Shown here piece by piece: positions 39,260-52,700 of a DNA stretch of 64,000 nucleotides (positions are counted from its first letter, which is position 1; each line of letters starts with the position of its first letter). This DNA is from Octopus vulgaris (lineage: Eukaryota). The translations under genes were made by a program, and so were the position numbers. The notes below the pieces were generated by a model. That model was not told the DNA's origin. It worked only from the letters and a program-made list of their open reading frames with translations, and made no database searches. The stretch covers positions 84,382,001-84,446,000 of the forward strand of contig OX597820.1 in NCBI GenBank assembly GCA_951406725.2, in the 5' to 3' direction.

Positions 39260-39263
<4 letters not shown>
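38868..39263. mobile_element. (TA)n-flanked fold-back element D
   Basis: Outer arms 38939-39023 / 39179-39263, inner arms ~39082-39128 / ~39132-39180. Same family as 59531-59720. Confidence 0.85.
39018..39063 (-). ncRNA. Minimal type I hammerhead, G3-C8 core variant
   Basis: Minus strand TGTCA GTGAACA G GTCGC-GGATTTTA-GCGAC GAAA ATAT TT TGACA. Stems I and II are perfect. Confidence 0.7.
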
Positions 39264-39300
<37 letters not shown>

Positions 39301-39367
39301 TTACCACCTCTCTCTTTATTTGTATCACATCGAAACTAACTATGACTTAATCTTTTCCTCTTACACC

Positions 39368-39419
39368 GTCTCCGATGAAGGGATATTATTAATAAATATC
39401 CTAGAAACAGCTGTAAGAC
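39368..39419 (+). ncRNA. Minimal type I hammerhead, CAGCTG-loop family (U4C)
   Basis: GTCT CCGATGA A GGGATATT-ATTAATA-AATATCCT A GAAA C-AGCT-G TA AGAC, inside a ~190 bp (TA)n-flanked segment. Confidence 0.75.
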
Positions 39420-39483
39420 CTTCTATCTATAAATTCTCTAATATCTATACAACCTTGGCTTTATATCTCATTATGCAAAAATT

Positions 39484-39538
<55 letters not shown>

Positions 39539-40254
39539 CCGAAATTACTACGATGATCCGGTTCTTGACTGAAGACTGAGGGTTTCGAATGTCCTGTCCG
39601 TGTTTATTGTATCGTCTTCTAAGAGTTATACGTTCTTGTCCATGTTGTATTTTTCTACATACCTTAATATATATATATATATATCTAACAAACTGAGTAA
39701 AATAGTTCCTTCAAACGGATGTGTAAAATATCCAATTCACTGGTACTTCACTTGCATACCATGTAAATATTGGTATAATTCTATAATAACGATAAATTTA
39801 ATATAGAGATATTGTATTGACAATCTAATAATTTATTTATATTACAATATTACGTTAAATACTATGAATATGATATTATAACAACATAATATTTTAGAAA
39901 TGATTATAAAACGCCAACAAATTGTTTCGACTTATAACTTTTTTCTGATATACATAATCACTGTTCCATTATATATAAGTCACTTTAGGGGCCTTAGTTC
40001 AGAAAGACGTAATTCTGTGTGAAAGGACTGCAGGATTGTAAAAATTAATTCGAATGTTTGTGTTATGAGCGTGAGCGTTAACTATTCAATCTTACAGCTA
40101 CATTATAACGGTGAATCTCTTGGACCGCGTGAATTGTCAGGAAGCTGGTGGTTCCTTCGTGTCTGGAGGTGGGGGCTTTGAAGAGACTTAGAAGCCGACA
40201 GAAGAAAAGTCGGCAACAGTGTTTGTGAATGTGTGTATTTGTGTGCGTTTGTGT

Positions 40255-40298
<44 letters not shown>

Positions 40299-41629
40299 TG
40301 GCAAGAGAGAGTGAGAGTGTTTGTGTGTAATATGTGTGTGGGCAAACGAAAGAAAAATGCTCTTAGCACATTTCGCAGAAGTTACATTGATTATTATTTA
40401 AAACAGTTTGATTCAGCTTGAAATAAGTGAGAAATTACTCAAAAAGCAGGAGGCAGTTGAATATTTTACGGTAAAATATGAAGAGAAGACGAGTAACATA
40501 ATGGTGGGCCTGAATGACTACAAAATATGAAGGATTCTGTTTCGTAGTCGCAAGAAGAAGTTAGCATTCGAAGCAGATATTTGCGATAACTATATAGGAA
40601 AATAAGTCATTGGAATACAGATGAGCCTGATATTGTTCAGGTGTATTGGTTAAAGAAGCGGACAGGTGCCATACAATAACAATAGAAAAAGTTCATTAAC
40701 TGGTCAACTGAATTTGAAATTGGCCTGTATGTTTAACTATGCGATGAGCAGCAGTCTTTGAAGGATGCTTTAAAAAAAGAAAACTGCGGATAATTATAAT
40801 CATATAATTATAGTCATGTGAAAGATATTCAATGGAATAAACGTAGGGAAAATATATAGATTTCTTGATGATAAAAGAATGCTCCGTTTTGAGCAAAAAC
40901 ATTGTAAACGAAATTGCAAGGGGAATAAAAGTAGCTATGCGTAGATAATATAATGATAAGAGGTTATAAACAATGACCTGGATAAATTACTACAAAACTA
41001 GGATAAGATATCGCACTTGTGGATCATTTAATATTTGAACATCTTACAAATTGAACAGAATATAAGAGTTTTACTGTGTCATGGTAAGTTAGAAGACTGA
41101 GCTCACATTATTACGCACAGTACCTAACAAGATTAAGAGTAAAGAAACGGATTTTGAAGATGAATGAGTTTTTTTTTCTGTACTTGATTCCTTTAACATC
41201 GTTACTAAAATAAAGCAAGACCAGGAGTTAAATATCAACCATCCCTTTCGTATGGGATATCGTGAACTGCATGATAAGTACAATTCTTAAGTCAGTTTCT
41301 TAGTGAACAGAATTCAATGCTGTAACTAGGATATGAACATGGAATGTGGCTTTAAAATTATGGAATAATATCCCCAACAAACAAAAAGGATACAAACATT
41401 TAGTGTTACCAGCTGCGAGATGGATTGACGATACAGTGTTTTAATACCTGAACATATTAGGAGTGAATCAAATGAATGAAGTGCTGCGATCGAACCTAAA
41501 TAGAATTAAGATTCAATTAACAAGAGATAAGCGGTTTCATATTGACGTACGGTGAAGGTATTATCAATTGAAAGTTAGATGATTTATTGAGACTGGATCT
41601 AAATCACGATAATTACTCACAACGCATGG

Positions 41630-42102
41630 AACATTCAAATCCGAGGTCGATCTACTGAAGTTGATGACCGAATCAAAGCGATAATTGAATTTGATTGTCC
41701 TATAACTTTGCGAGAGATTGCAGAGAGGTTAAATGTAAAAGACACAATTGAAAATGATTTAAAATATCTTAGACTGGTTAAGAATCTCGATGATTGGGTT
41801 CCATACCAATTGAAAGACATTCACTTTACACAACGAATCTATATTTGCGATACGCATCTCAAACGCAATTTAATCGATCACTTTTTTTAAAACGAATCAT
41901 CACTGGTGTTGCAAAATGGAGTGTTTAGAATAACATCAATCAAAAATAATCATAGTCTAAGCGTAATGACCCAGCACAAACCACATCGAAAACTGAATTG
42001 CATAAAGTCATGCTGTCAAATTGGTAGGATTACAAAGGTGTTGTGTATTTTAAGCTGGTTCCTAGATGCCGAACGAAAAATTCAGATATTTACTGTCAAC
42101 AA
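41630..42102 (+). pseudogene. Mariner transposase remnant, 5' part
   Basis: TLREIAERLNV..WVPYQL..KRIITG..KVMLS.W.DYKGVVYF..YCQQ. Confidence 0.85.
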
Positions 42103-44755
42103 AAGTATTGCTCGGAATAATTGCTAGACGAATTATAAGATTCGTACAGCATAACGGATACGTTAATGAAGCGATTCAAAAAAGCAGGAATCCCCGGAAT
42201 CCCTGGGTGCATAGAACACGCATTTTCCATCTGGGAAGCCATCACCTGTGCAAAACAAAAGAAGACAAACCTGTACGTTGTTTGGCCAGATCTTGCCAAT
42301 GCCTATGGATCTGTCCCGCACGCAATAATAAAAACAGCGATGGACTTCTATTGGATTCTAAAAGATGTTCAACAAATGCTCATGTTGTAGTACGACAGCC
42401 TGAGGATGAGATTTACAGCAGGAAACTTCACAACGCAGTGGCAACGGCTTGAAATAGGTATTGCAACCGGATGCACGATATCAGTCATCTTATTCGTGCT
42501 AGTCATGGAAATGCTACTCAGATCTACTAACTGTGAGAAAGCTGTTACAAAGACACCATTAAGGGCTTTTATGGACGATGTAACTATATTATCCGAAAGT
42601 AGAGAAGCAGCAGAGGGAACGTTAGAGCGGTTGGACGAACTGATTGCATGGGCAAGGATGAAATTCAAAGCCAAAAAATCTCGAAACGTGGCTTTCGTGA
42701 AAGGAAGGCAAGAAGTGAAATTTAGGATAGGAAGTGAAGACATACCAACGGTGAAAGAACAACCAGTAAAGAGTCTCGGCAGATGGTATAGAGATTTATG
42801 AAATGATAAGAAGCAAAGGAAAGAAACGCATGAGTTAGTAGAACAAGGATTAAAGGCAATTGACAGAACAGAGCTGCCGGGAAAATTCAAATGTTGGATA
42901 CTGCAATCTGGGCTGTACCCAAGAATAACGTGGCTATTGCAAATATACTAAATAGCCTGAAGTAAAGTAGAAAGTATGGAGCAAAGATGCAGTGTGTTTA
43001 TCAGAAAATGGTTTGGTCTGCCGAAATCACTGAATACAACTGCACTATACGGAAAACCCGTGCTGCAACTACCAATAACATAAATCGCCGAATAATATAA
43101 TGCAAGAAAGGCAAGGACAGTAATGATGCTAAGGTATTCAAAAGATCAGAGCATCCGGGAAAACCCTCCAAAGGTACGAACAAGGAGGAAATGGAAGGCG
43201 GAAGAGGCAGTAAACAGGGCGTAGTCGGAGCAGCGCAAGAAGCTAGAACCGGCCTAGGGTCGCAAAACTTCAGGCCATTTTGCAAGAGCAGTGTAAAAGA
43301 GATGAAAGAGGCAGTGATATACGAAGTGAGGAAGGAAGAAGAAGAAAGGCGAAATGTACATTTGGTGCAATGCAGTCAACAGGGACAGTGCCTGAGATGG
43401 GAGGAATATGTGATCAACCACAAAATATCATGGAAGGAACTTTGGGCTTGGGATCAAGCAAGAACATCCTTCCTGATCAAGTCTACCTTCGACGTTCTAC
43501 CCTCACCGGCGAACTTAGTCCGGTGGAACATAAAAACAACCGATGAGTGTAGATGCGGAGAGAAAGCGACGGTTAGACATGTTCTGTCAGGTTGCAGACT
43601 AGCACTTGAAAGATATACATGGCGGCATAATCAAGTCCTCGGCGTCATAAGTGCAGCACTCAAGCATAAGACCGGGAGGTACAATAGGGGAGAATACCCA
43701 AAAGAAGAAACGCGCAGGAGAGTATACTTCCACAAAGAGGGAAAGGTTATAAAACCAGGCCTACAAGTAAAGTATACGAGATGGACGAAAGATGGAAGGG
43801 ATACTGGGAGGTGGCCACGGACTTGGAAAGACAAGTAATATTTCCACTAATAAAAACAACAAAAAGACCGGATTTAGTTCTTTGGAACAGAGACAGGAGA
43901 ATAGGAATTTTACTAGAACTGACAGTACCTTGGGAAGAGAATATCGGCAATGCAGAGGAACGAAAGCAGAAGAGATATGAAAAGCTAATCGAAGAATGCA
44001 GAGAATAGGGATGGAATGTCGAATATTATCACATGGCAGTGGGTCTAGAGGCTTCATTGAAAAGAAAATGACAACGCTTTTCAAAAGAAGATTTGTTTTT
44101 TCTAGCCCCGAGCTGCGTAAACTAATAAGGAGAGTACAGGAGGCGGTAGAAAAAGCCAGCTTCTATGTATGAAGCCCGAAGACCGAAAATGGCTTGAAAG
44201 TCATAAACACGCCGACGGGAAATAACATCACGAGGTGAGACAAGGTGACTGACAGGTGACGGTCGTTTAGAAAAAGCGCAGGCTAAAACTACGCGCCTTC
44301 ACTAGTCAGTTAAGGTGAGACAGTATCACGTGACAACTTGCTGGGACTGGCTGTCAGGTGACGGTCGTTTAGAAAAAGCGCGGGCTAAAACTACGCTCCT
44401 TCACTAGTCAGTTAAGGTGAGACAGTGTCACATGACAACTTGCTGGGGCTGCCTGCTGGAGACTATGCGGCAGGTATTTAAAGGAACAATTTGACAAGAC
44501 AGTCAGTCACCGGTGACACTCGCTGACGATACATCGAAGGGGCCAGGGAACAGTAGAAAGGAGAAGAAAGAAGACATGCACCCAACACCAGAGCTGAAGA
44601 CACCTCCGAAAGGGGGGACCCCACCACGTCAAAACGGTAGAGGAGTAGGGACCGAAACCGGACGTGGTTCCACCTGCTGATGTCTTGCGCTAACTGGATC
44701 CTATAAAGGAGCTGTTGTTGTAGCAGACCACGAAACATGGTTGTAATTCCTGGTT
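42103..44755 (+). mobile_element. HERO/NeSL-like non-LTR retrotransposon (RT, CCHC, REL endonuclease), 5'-truncated and decayed
   Basis: GCIEH, WPDLANAYGSVPH, GIATGCTIS, AFMDD, C..HVLSGC..RYTWRHNQVL and RPDLVLW..LELTVPWE. The 3' UTR has a 102 bp tandem duplication (44250-44453). Confidence 0.88.
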
Positions 44756-45070
44756 GTTAAGTGAGGTCTCATACATCCTATAGCTCTGAATTCGCACTAT
44801 CAGATTACTATTTATTTCGAAGTTTTCAAAATTCTTTGAATTATTAAACTTCGGAAAAGCAGGATGACCAGAAATCGCACTTGCTGAAGTCTTTAGCTGA
44901 TAAGGATTAGACGTTCTATAAGCGCGGAATCACGAAGTTTCCAGAAGATGGTAAAAGTTTGTCGAACAAAATGGAAAATATAATTGATTAAAGCTCATTC
45001 TTTGTACGAAAAAAAATGACATTTATTTCACATAAAAAAAAATGAAATTACTTTCTTGCCAAATGAATAT
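44756..45070 (+). pseudogene. Mariner remnant, 3' part and terminus
   Basis: YSSEFALSDYYLFRSFQNSL (YSPDLAPSD-like), FYKRGI and a TIR-like AAATTACTTTCTTGCCAA end. Confidence 0.75.
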
Positions 45071-46660
45071 GTGAATGTGTGTGTGTTCCCCAGCCATCGC
45101 TTATCAACTAGTGTTGGTTTGTTTATGTCCACGTAACTTAGATTGTTTCATAGTGAATTCAACGTAACTTGTCTTTCATTAAGATTCACTTCGTTTCTGA
45201 TATTGTTTACCGTTTATCTCAGTTTTAGAAATGAATTCTTTACTCTTTTGTTTGCAAAGTAGATATATAATTTTTTCTTTTTGAAACAGCGTTTTAAGTG
45301 GACCTTATTTAAGTGCATATATAATCATAATAGCTTAATATGTTTACACTTTGTTCGTCAAAATTTGCATATCTTGGAATATTAAATTTAAACATTAAAG
45401 TTTATATTTGACGGTCAAAGCCTACTATTTATATATCACTCATTGCTTTTTGTGATATGATGCCTAATTTACATTCATGTGTGTATAAAATTGAGATCAA
45501 ATAATGTAAGCAATAATTTAATTTTGAATAAATGTTATCTTGTCTTGCAGTTCTCCAAGTTAGTCACATAAATAGCTCCATAAATGACACCAACAACCAG
45601 AAATAATGTGCAAGCCTAAGAAAGTTTGCTTTGATCTTCAATATATCTGTTGAGGTCGACATTTTTTCTCATTAAAAACTGATAGCAGCACTAAGTGATT
45701 TAACTTTCATTTCCTCCGAAAAGTAAAACAATAATTTAACGGCACATAATGATACATCCACCGATATATCTTAATTTTAGTTTTGCTGAAATGACAACTA
45801 TTTTTTCCATTTACTTATATATTTTATCTACTGTCTGAAATTGCACCAACTCAGAAATCCATTAATTTTGTGGTTAACTGTTTTACTTTCATTTACTTAT
45901 TTATTTTTCTTTTTAGCTTCATCTTTGTAACCTTTTTATTTTCTAAAAATGAATGAAGACAGTGAGGATAAAACTAGAAAATTGTTATTAACATAACCTT
46001 TACAGTCCTCCATTGTTCCGTTTTTGATTTTAATACTGAATTGAAAGGAAATATGTTGAAAGCTATTCATTGTACGACCAACGTTATTAGTTCAGATCAC
46101 TTAAGACGGTCTAATACTACATAAATAACATTCGAACACTTGAATTTTATGAAGTAGCATCAACAACAAAATTCGTATGCATCAAATCTTTAAAATGTTA
46201 TTATTTAAACTTCGTACATAAATGAGAATACTATTATAAATTATAAAGTTTTTTCTCTTATATGATATATTTCACATAAATTCCTGTGAGATTTTTACAG
46301 AGCTGTGACTTATATATGAGAATCTGCAACGTATCGCCCAGAAGAATGAAATAAAGTAAAGACAAAGATGGAAACTAAATAAGAGTATACTAGTAGACTA
46401 AATATATAAAACAGTAACAGATAATACATGACAAAAATGTATCATTGTAAGTTGTACTCTGTTCTTTATTTTGGAATTTCATTTCATATTTAATTTTTTT
46501 TTATTGTATTTATCATCATTGAATTGAATAATTAAGATTTGAAAAGTGAACAAGCTTAGAATTATAACTGCCACTTACAGTCAAAATAATTCGCTTGAAG
46601 AGATGCTTAACATGTTAATATAAAATGGTATAAAGAATTACTTCTATAGGTATTCTGTTG

Positions 46661-46661
<1 letters not shown>

Positions 46662-46705
<44 letters not shown>

Positions 46706-46729
46706 TACATATATATATATATATATATG

Positions 46730-46760
<31 letters not shown>

Positions 46761-46869
46761 TACACATATATATATATATAAAGATACATATATATACATG
46801 TATGCATGCATATATACACATATATATGAATGCCTATACATATACATACATATATACACACATATATAC

Positions 46870-46906
<37 letters not shown>

Positions 46907-47005
46907 GGAACCCACCATATATGGTTGCGTACATATACGTATAAAGAAATACATGTCACTGTCCCTCTCTCTCTCTCTCATATTATATATATATATATGT
47001 ATATC
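46662..47005. repeat. Compound (CA)n/(TA)n microsatellite
   Basis: Directly visible. Confidence 0.9.
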
Positions 47006-48683
47006 ACAGATGACGCTACGTCATCAGCATCACGTGGGCGTATTACAGATTTAGCTTACGACATATGCCTGTAAAAATGTCACGTTTTCTGCTTTATTGC
47101 TAGTCCCAAATTACTCTTGTTATATATCTAGCACTATAGTCTTTCTCTAATTCTAAGTTAAGGATAAAAATAAAGCAACCCTGCAAAACACAATTGATCT
47201 ACGGATAGAATTAGACCATGCCACATTGGTTGGAAATTATCTCAAAAATCGACTTAGAAAATTTATGTTTGCATAATCAATTTAATATGTTATATGACAA
47301 AATGGGAGGAAATAGTCGCGTGTATGCTTTTATCTGTGCTATGTAGACTAACAGTAGTTTAAGATATGCATTTGGTTACCATTCAGCTTCAATCAATTAT
47401 TCAGGCGATTGATCGATTGAGAATATGGAGAACGACCATCGTAATGTTATTGTCTATGTTTGACTCTGAGCGTTATATATGGCAGCAGTCGATATATTGT
47501 TTAAATGTAACCACGAACGCATCCCAAATGCATATTTGAAACAGCTGTAAGTCTATAAGACACAAATAAATTTATATAGTCCAATGTTTTTACGCATACA
47601 AGTGAATATAGATTTTTGTTACTTACGATACATATTTCCACACTATTTCCACACACATTAACACACACATTTTCTACTATGTCAATGTGGACTGTTGAAC
47701 AGGTTTAGTTGCGCCCTTTTCAAGCCTAGCCAGGCTCATAGGCCCGGTTTCCCGGTTTCTATGTTGTATTTATGGATTTTGCCTTCTATATATTTCTGGG
47801 GTTTTTTTATGCTATAGAATATGTGACTGTTTATGTTTGAAGAATGATATTTTTTATTTGCCTTTTTTAAGTATAAGCAAGTGTAGACATAAGGTTTAGC
47901 TCCTGATTGTTCTCTATTTATATCCAAGCATCATCTAGGTATTTAACACTGTTATAAGGAGGGATTAATTGATAGTTCCTAGGTATCGGAACTGTAATGA
48001 TGTTTGTTAGTGAATAAAGAGAGGTTGTATTCGAATTCGGGTCCTTATTTTTTCTTTTGTATATGTGTCGTTGAATGAGGAATTTTAGCATCTCCTAGAG
48101 CTTCAAAGTTTATCTTCATTGAAATTCACGCTCATGTAGGTTCAACCTTGTTTAAGGTATTTTAGTTTCGTGATTTATAGTAATGTGGTTGTATATATTC
48201 TGCATTGATATTGCCTGAGAGTTCTTCATTGGGATTCCGTTTCTAGTAAACTTACTATTGGTTTTGCGGGTTGTAATGAATAGAGTGTACTGACATATAT
48301 TTATAGATTAAGAAATGTGAACTACTTTGCAATTGAATAAATTCACGTTTTAATATCTATGGAAATAAATCTCATGTCTTGAAATAACAATTTAGAATTT
48401 TCTCACTTTTGAAAGGATGTACGAAACTCACAAAAGGAAACCAATACGTTAAATATTATATAAAACGTAAACTTACCAAGCTTACAGGAGATATTTTAAA
48501 TCAGAGTGTATGGTAGCAGAAATGTAAGTGTAATTTTTTTAAGTGTTATATTTTCATTCAATTGCACATGAAATTAGAATAATTTTTCCTGCAATGAAAC
48601 CATTTGAAGAAATAGATCTCTATGAAATGCTATCTTTCTACTCTTGATGAAATTAAGATGTGTGAGTATGTTGTCTAAGAGAG

Positions 48684-48747
<64 letters not shown>

Positions 48748-48751
<4 letters not shown>

Positions 48752-49053
48752 GAGGGGTAAAGTTTATTAAATAATTAATTATTTAATCAATTAATTAATA
48801 ATTTTATCAAGTAGATCGGTACGTTAAAATAACCTTTATAGGTAAAATTATCCACATAATTATAATTAGGGTTCATCTAATTGCTTCATCACATACCGAA
48901 TTTAGAAATAGGAGTTAAAATTCCTATTCTGCGACAATAAGAATCTCCATGACGGTAAATATTTCCCGTTATGGAGATTCTTATAGTAGCAGAAAAAAGA
49001 ATTCTAACTCGTATTTCTAAATTCGGTATGTGGTGAAGCAATTAGCTGAACTC

Positions 49054-49061
<8 letters not shown>
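48748..49061. mobile_element. (TA)n-flanked fold-back element E, ~95 bp diverged arms
   Basis: Arms ~48861-48955 and ~48966-49061. A further partial copy lies at 49124-49180. Confidence 0.8.
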
Positions 49062-49121
<60 letters not shown>

Positions 49122-49172
49122 TGTTATTTCTAAAAGTTCGGTGTGTGGTAAAGTAATTTTTTTGCTGAACCC

Positions 49173-49250
<78 letters not shown>

Positions 49251-49367
49251 CAGAGATAGGAATGGAGAGAAAGAGATGGGGGAGATATGCTCAATATAGA
49301 AAGCACGTTGTAGTGCACAAATGATTGCAACCTTGACTCTGTAAGAAGTCCATCGTGTGTATGTATG

Positions 49368-49428
<61 letters not shown>

Positions 49429-49429
49429 T

Positions 49430-49660
49430 GTGTGTGTATATATGCATGTATATGTTTGTTTGTCTGTGCTTGTTCCCCCCACCATCACTTGACGACCGAT
49501 GCTGGTGTGTTTAGTTCCCTGTCACGTAGCAGTTCGGCAAAAGTGACCGATAGGATAAGTACTAGCCTTGCAAAGAATAAATCCTAGAATTTCTTCGTTC
49601 GACTAAACTCGGTGCTCCAGCATAACCGCAGTCAAATGACTGTAGCAAGTAAAAGAATAA
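49430..49660 (+). mobile_element. Family 2 SINE, 3' half
   Basis: Homology to 18676-18870 (reverse strand). Confidence 0.75.
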
Positions 49661-49716
49661 TAGACTAAAATATACAAATAACTAATAGTATTCAGTAGAT
49701 ATACACATGCGTACAA

Positions 49717-49761
<45 letters not shown>

Positions 49762-52700
49762 AAAAGCAATTTAAATTTGCTTCGGGCATCAATTATGCAG
49801 GATAAAAGAGACAGGATGCATTGTATTTTGAAGTCGATAATTGTTTCTCGGAGGTTGGAGTTATATAATAACTTTGATGGTCATAGTTAGCAGATAGAAT
49901 GTGCGAAAAGCCAAGGATATGCAAGTAGTAAATAGTTGCATAACGATATTAACATAAAACTGGCATCTTTCATTTGGAGGAAAAAATGGCAAATCGCAGT
50001 TCATATTTTAGTGTGAGAGATTCAAAGGTGAAAAGAATAAGGGTGTGGGAGGTCGGTAATCGGGTAACCGACCAGAAGAGAGCCGGAGAAATGATGGGAA
50101 GGAGTAAGATAGGTCCGTCTGGTAAAAGGAGGCATCACTGGTAAATTAATCAGGAAGGTTTCTGTCTATGGGGAGACTTAGAAAGAGGCAAGGAACAGGA
50201 ATGGTCTGCTGAGGTGAGGAGAATCGTAGAAGGAGGAAATAGAGGAGCAGGCATTGAAGCAAATGGTGATGGGATCTGATTGTACATATAAAAATAGGAA
50301 AAGGCAAGGACAGATTTCAAGGAATGGAGGTAAAGGAAGTTATGCTGAGATATGGAGGAAGGTACAATAAATGACTTTGCATAGTAGTTAATAGAGGAAT
50401 ACCATTTGTGCATACATAAGAAGATTTCGTCAAAGAAACTATTGAGTAATGTGGTGTTATGGAGGCGAAGAAAATCAAGCCATTACCTAGAACAAGATTT
50501 GCAAACATGGAGATTAGCCTTGCACGACGAACTATCTCAAACTTTGGATATGTTGTATGGATCATTTCGAGACGTGAGCTTTTGTATATGGAACCATTCA
50601 GGGCTTGAAATTTGTGATGTGTGTAGCTAGGGGTGTAGAGTGTCTTGCAGTTCGATTTAAACACGAGTTCATGTATTCATTGTAGCTGTGCTTCAAATCG
50701 CTTAGGGATATATTTCATCCGAGTCGTCGGCATTGTGGTAGGAGGCGATAGAGACGAGCACAGATGACGATGCTGCATCAACGGTGGCGGAGAGCAGACC
50801 TCATCGATAAGTTTAAACGCTCGTATGACTACTCAGGGAGCGAACGCTGAACTACGACGGCAGTATAAAGAGAGGGGAAAGAAGAAAGGATTTAGAAACA
50901 GCCACTCTGCAGTTGGCGTTGGGGGATGCGGGGGGTTGTTGCGGCAGAGGAAGGAAATCGCGGAGTCTTCCGCGAGGGTAGTTGTGTTAGTTCTATCTAT
51001 ATTTTGTCTCTCTCTGCGTCGTTCAGTTTCCCCCTCCAGGAGGCCGGTTGACGATGGCTCTCTGGCAAAGCGGGAGAGGGAGTATTGAGAGGCGTGCGTA
51101 AAGTGGGCGGTGAGCCTTCCATGACGTCGCCGACCGTAGGTTTTTCTTGTAATTTCCGACAGCCCTTTAGCGCCAGAGATCCCAGGGACGCGTTCGAGGT
51201 ATCGGTGTTCACTCAAGCCATATGAATTTTCATCAGTTCATGCGGATGGCCATGCTCTACATGGATAAATGAGCCGAGTGATCCCCCGTCCATAGTTTTG
51301 GTGCTACTACTAATATTACAAACAACAACAACAACAACAACAATAATTATAATAATGATATTTTTCACGATTATTTCGGTTTTTACTTGCGATACGATGG
51401 AAACGGTGGAAGGCTATGCAGTGGCAACAGCGTAAATAGAATGTCAGCAGTAGATCAGCGCACGTGTACCGCAGCTCGACGCAATGGGAAGGAGACTCAG
51501 ACGAACGCTTAATAGGAAAATGCGAAACAATATACAAGTGGGTGTGACGTCGCCTCGTAGTTAGAGCTGTCGGGCAGGTGCCAGCGAAAAACGGTGTGTA
51601 TGGTCGGCATCATACCGACTGTAAACGTGAGAATGAGGTGGCACTGCCACGACGGAGGCAAACGATCGACCAACGCTGACAGCATCAGCGGTGGCAGAGA
51701 GCGTAAAACTTGAGGATGGCCGTCGTCGGCCGATTGCTTCCGCGGAATCGATAATGATACTCTGACATATTATCCTTTGGAATGTTTGGTTGACATTTAC
51801 TTCCTCTAAACGATACACTCCAGTGGTCAGGCGGTCATATGTGTGTGTGTGTGTGTGTGTGTGTGCCTACATCTGCATAAAGTTTACGTATGTGTCAGAA
51901 AATATGAACTTTGAATTTCACCTGTATTTTATTGTAATCTACTATATAAAAACGGTATCACACAATATTACAAGAACTTTCTTTGAAGTTCTTCTGATTC
52001 CTCCCAATCCAGCCCGATAGGAAATATAATTTATAGAACGCTTAAGTGTAAAATATCGGTTAGTCACATTATAGTACTTTGTATGAACGAGAGTATGTTG
52101 AAATTCTGTTAAGACACAGCAAAACATGATTACTGAGGAACAAACTTACATTTCAAATGTAAGGTGAATTTGAACTAAAGTTGTTACACGCGGGTAATTA
52201 TGTTTACGTGTTTTTGTGTATAATTTGCCAATCTTGTATAACTTTCCCATGTCAATATTTACATCCCAGGTAGCGATAAGGATATTTCTTGATCACCTAC
52301 AAGAACAAGAATACAATCATTAGATGGCTGATGTGACAGGTATGACAGTTATATTAAGGCACTTCTGTGAGATAAAGTAAAACAGTTCTTCGAGTGTTAC
52401 AGATAAGAGAAAAGATGACATATTTATTCATCAGAAAATATTTGTCCTTAGTGTTTAGATTGCTTTATTTACTTTCCAAGCAAATATCATTTCATAGAGC
52501 AAAACTCAAGACAAAAGTAGAAGCCATCCAAAGGTTCTACGCCGATGAGATTGATTCATTACATCGGATGAATCATAAACGGGTAGGGGAAAATATTTAC
52601 TTACTTTCTTTGAGAAGTAAAATATATGGCATCATTCGTCAACAATGATCATATTACAAACGGAGAGCATTTGGATATATCGAAACGTTCGACCTCCTCA

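Noticed and set aside
39560-39600. CTGAAGA..GAAT motif as a hammerhead
   Set aside because: The stems do not pair.
45535-45630. Possible host exon after TCTTGCAG (also the GC-richer stretch at 40080-40220)
   Set aside because: No convincing donor site, reading frame or partner exons.
47760-48300. PLE RT remnant (KYLDD on the minus strand)
   Set aside because: Only one short motif amid stops, which is insufficient without a search.
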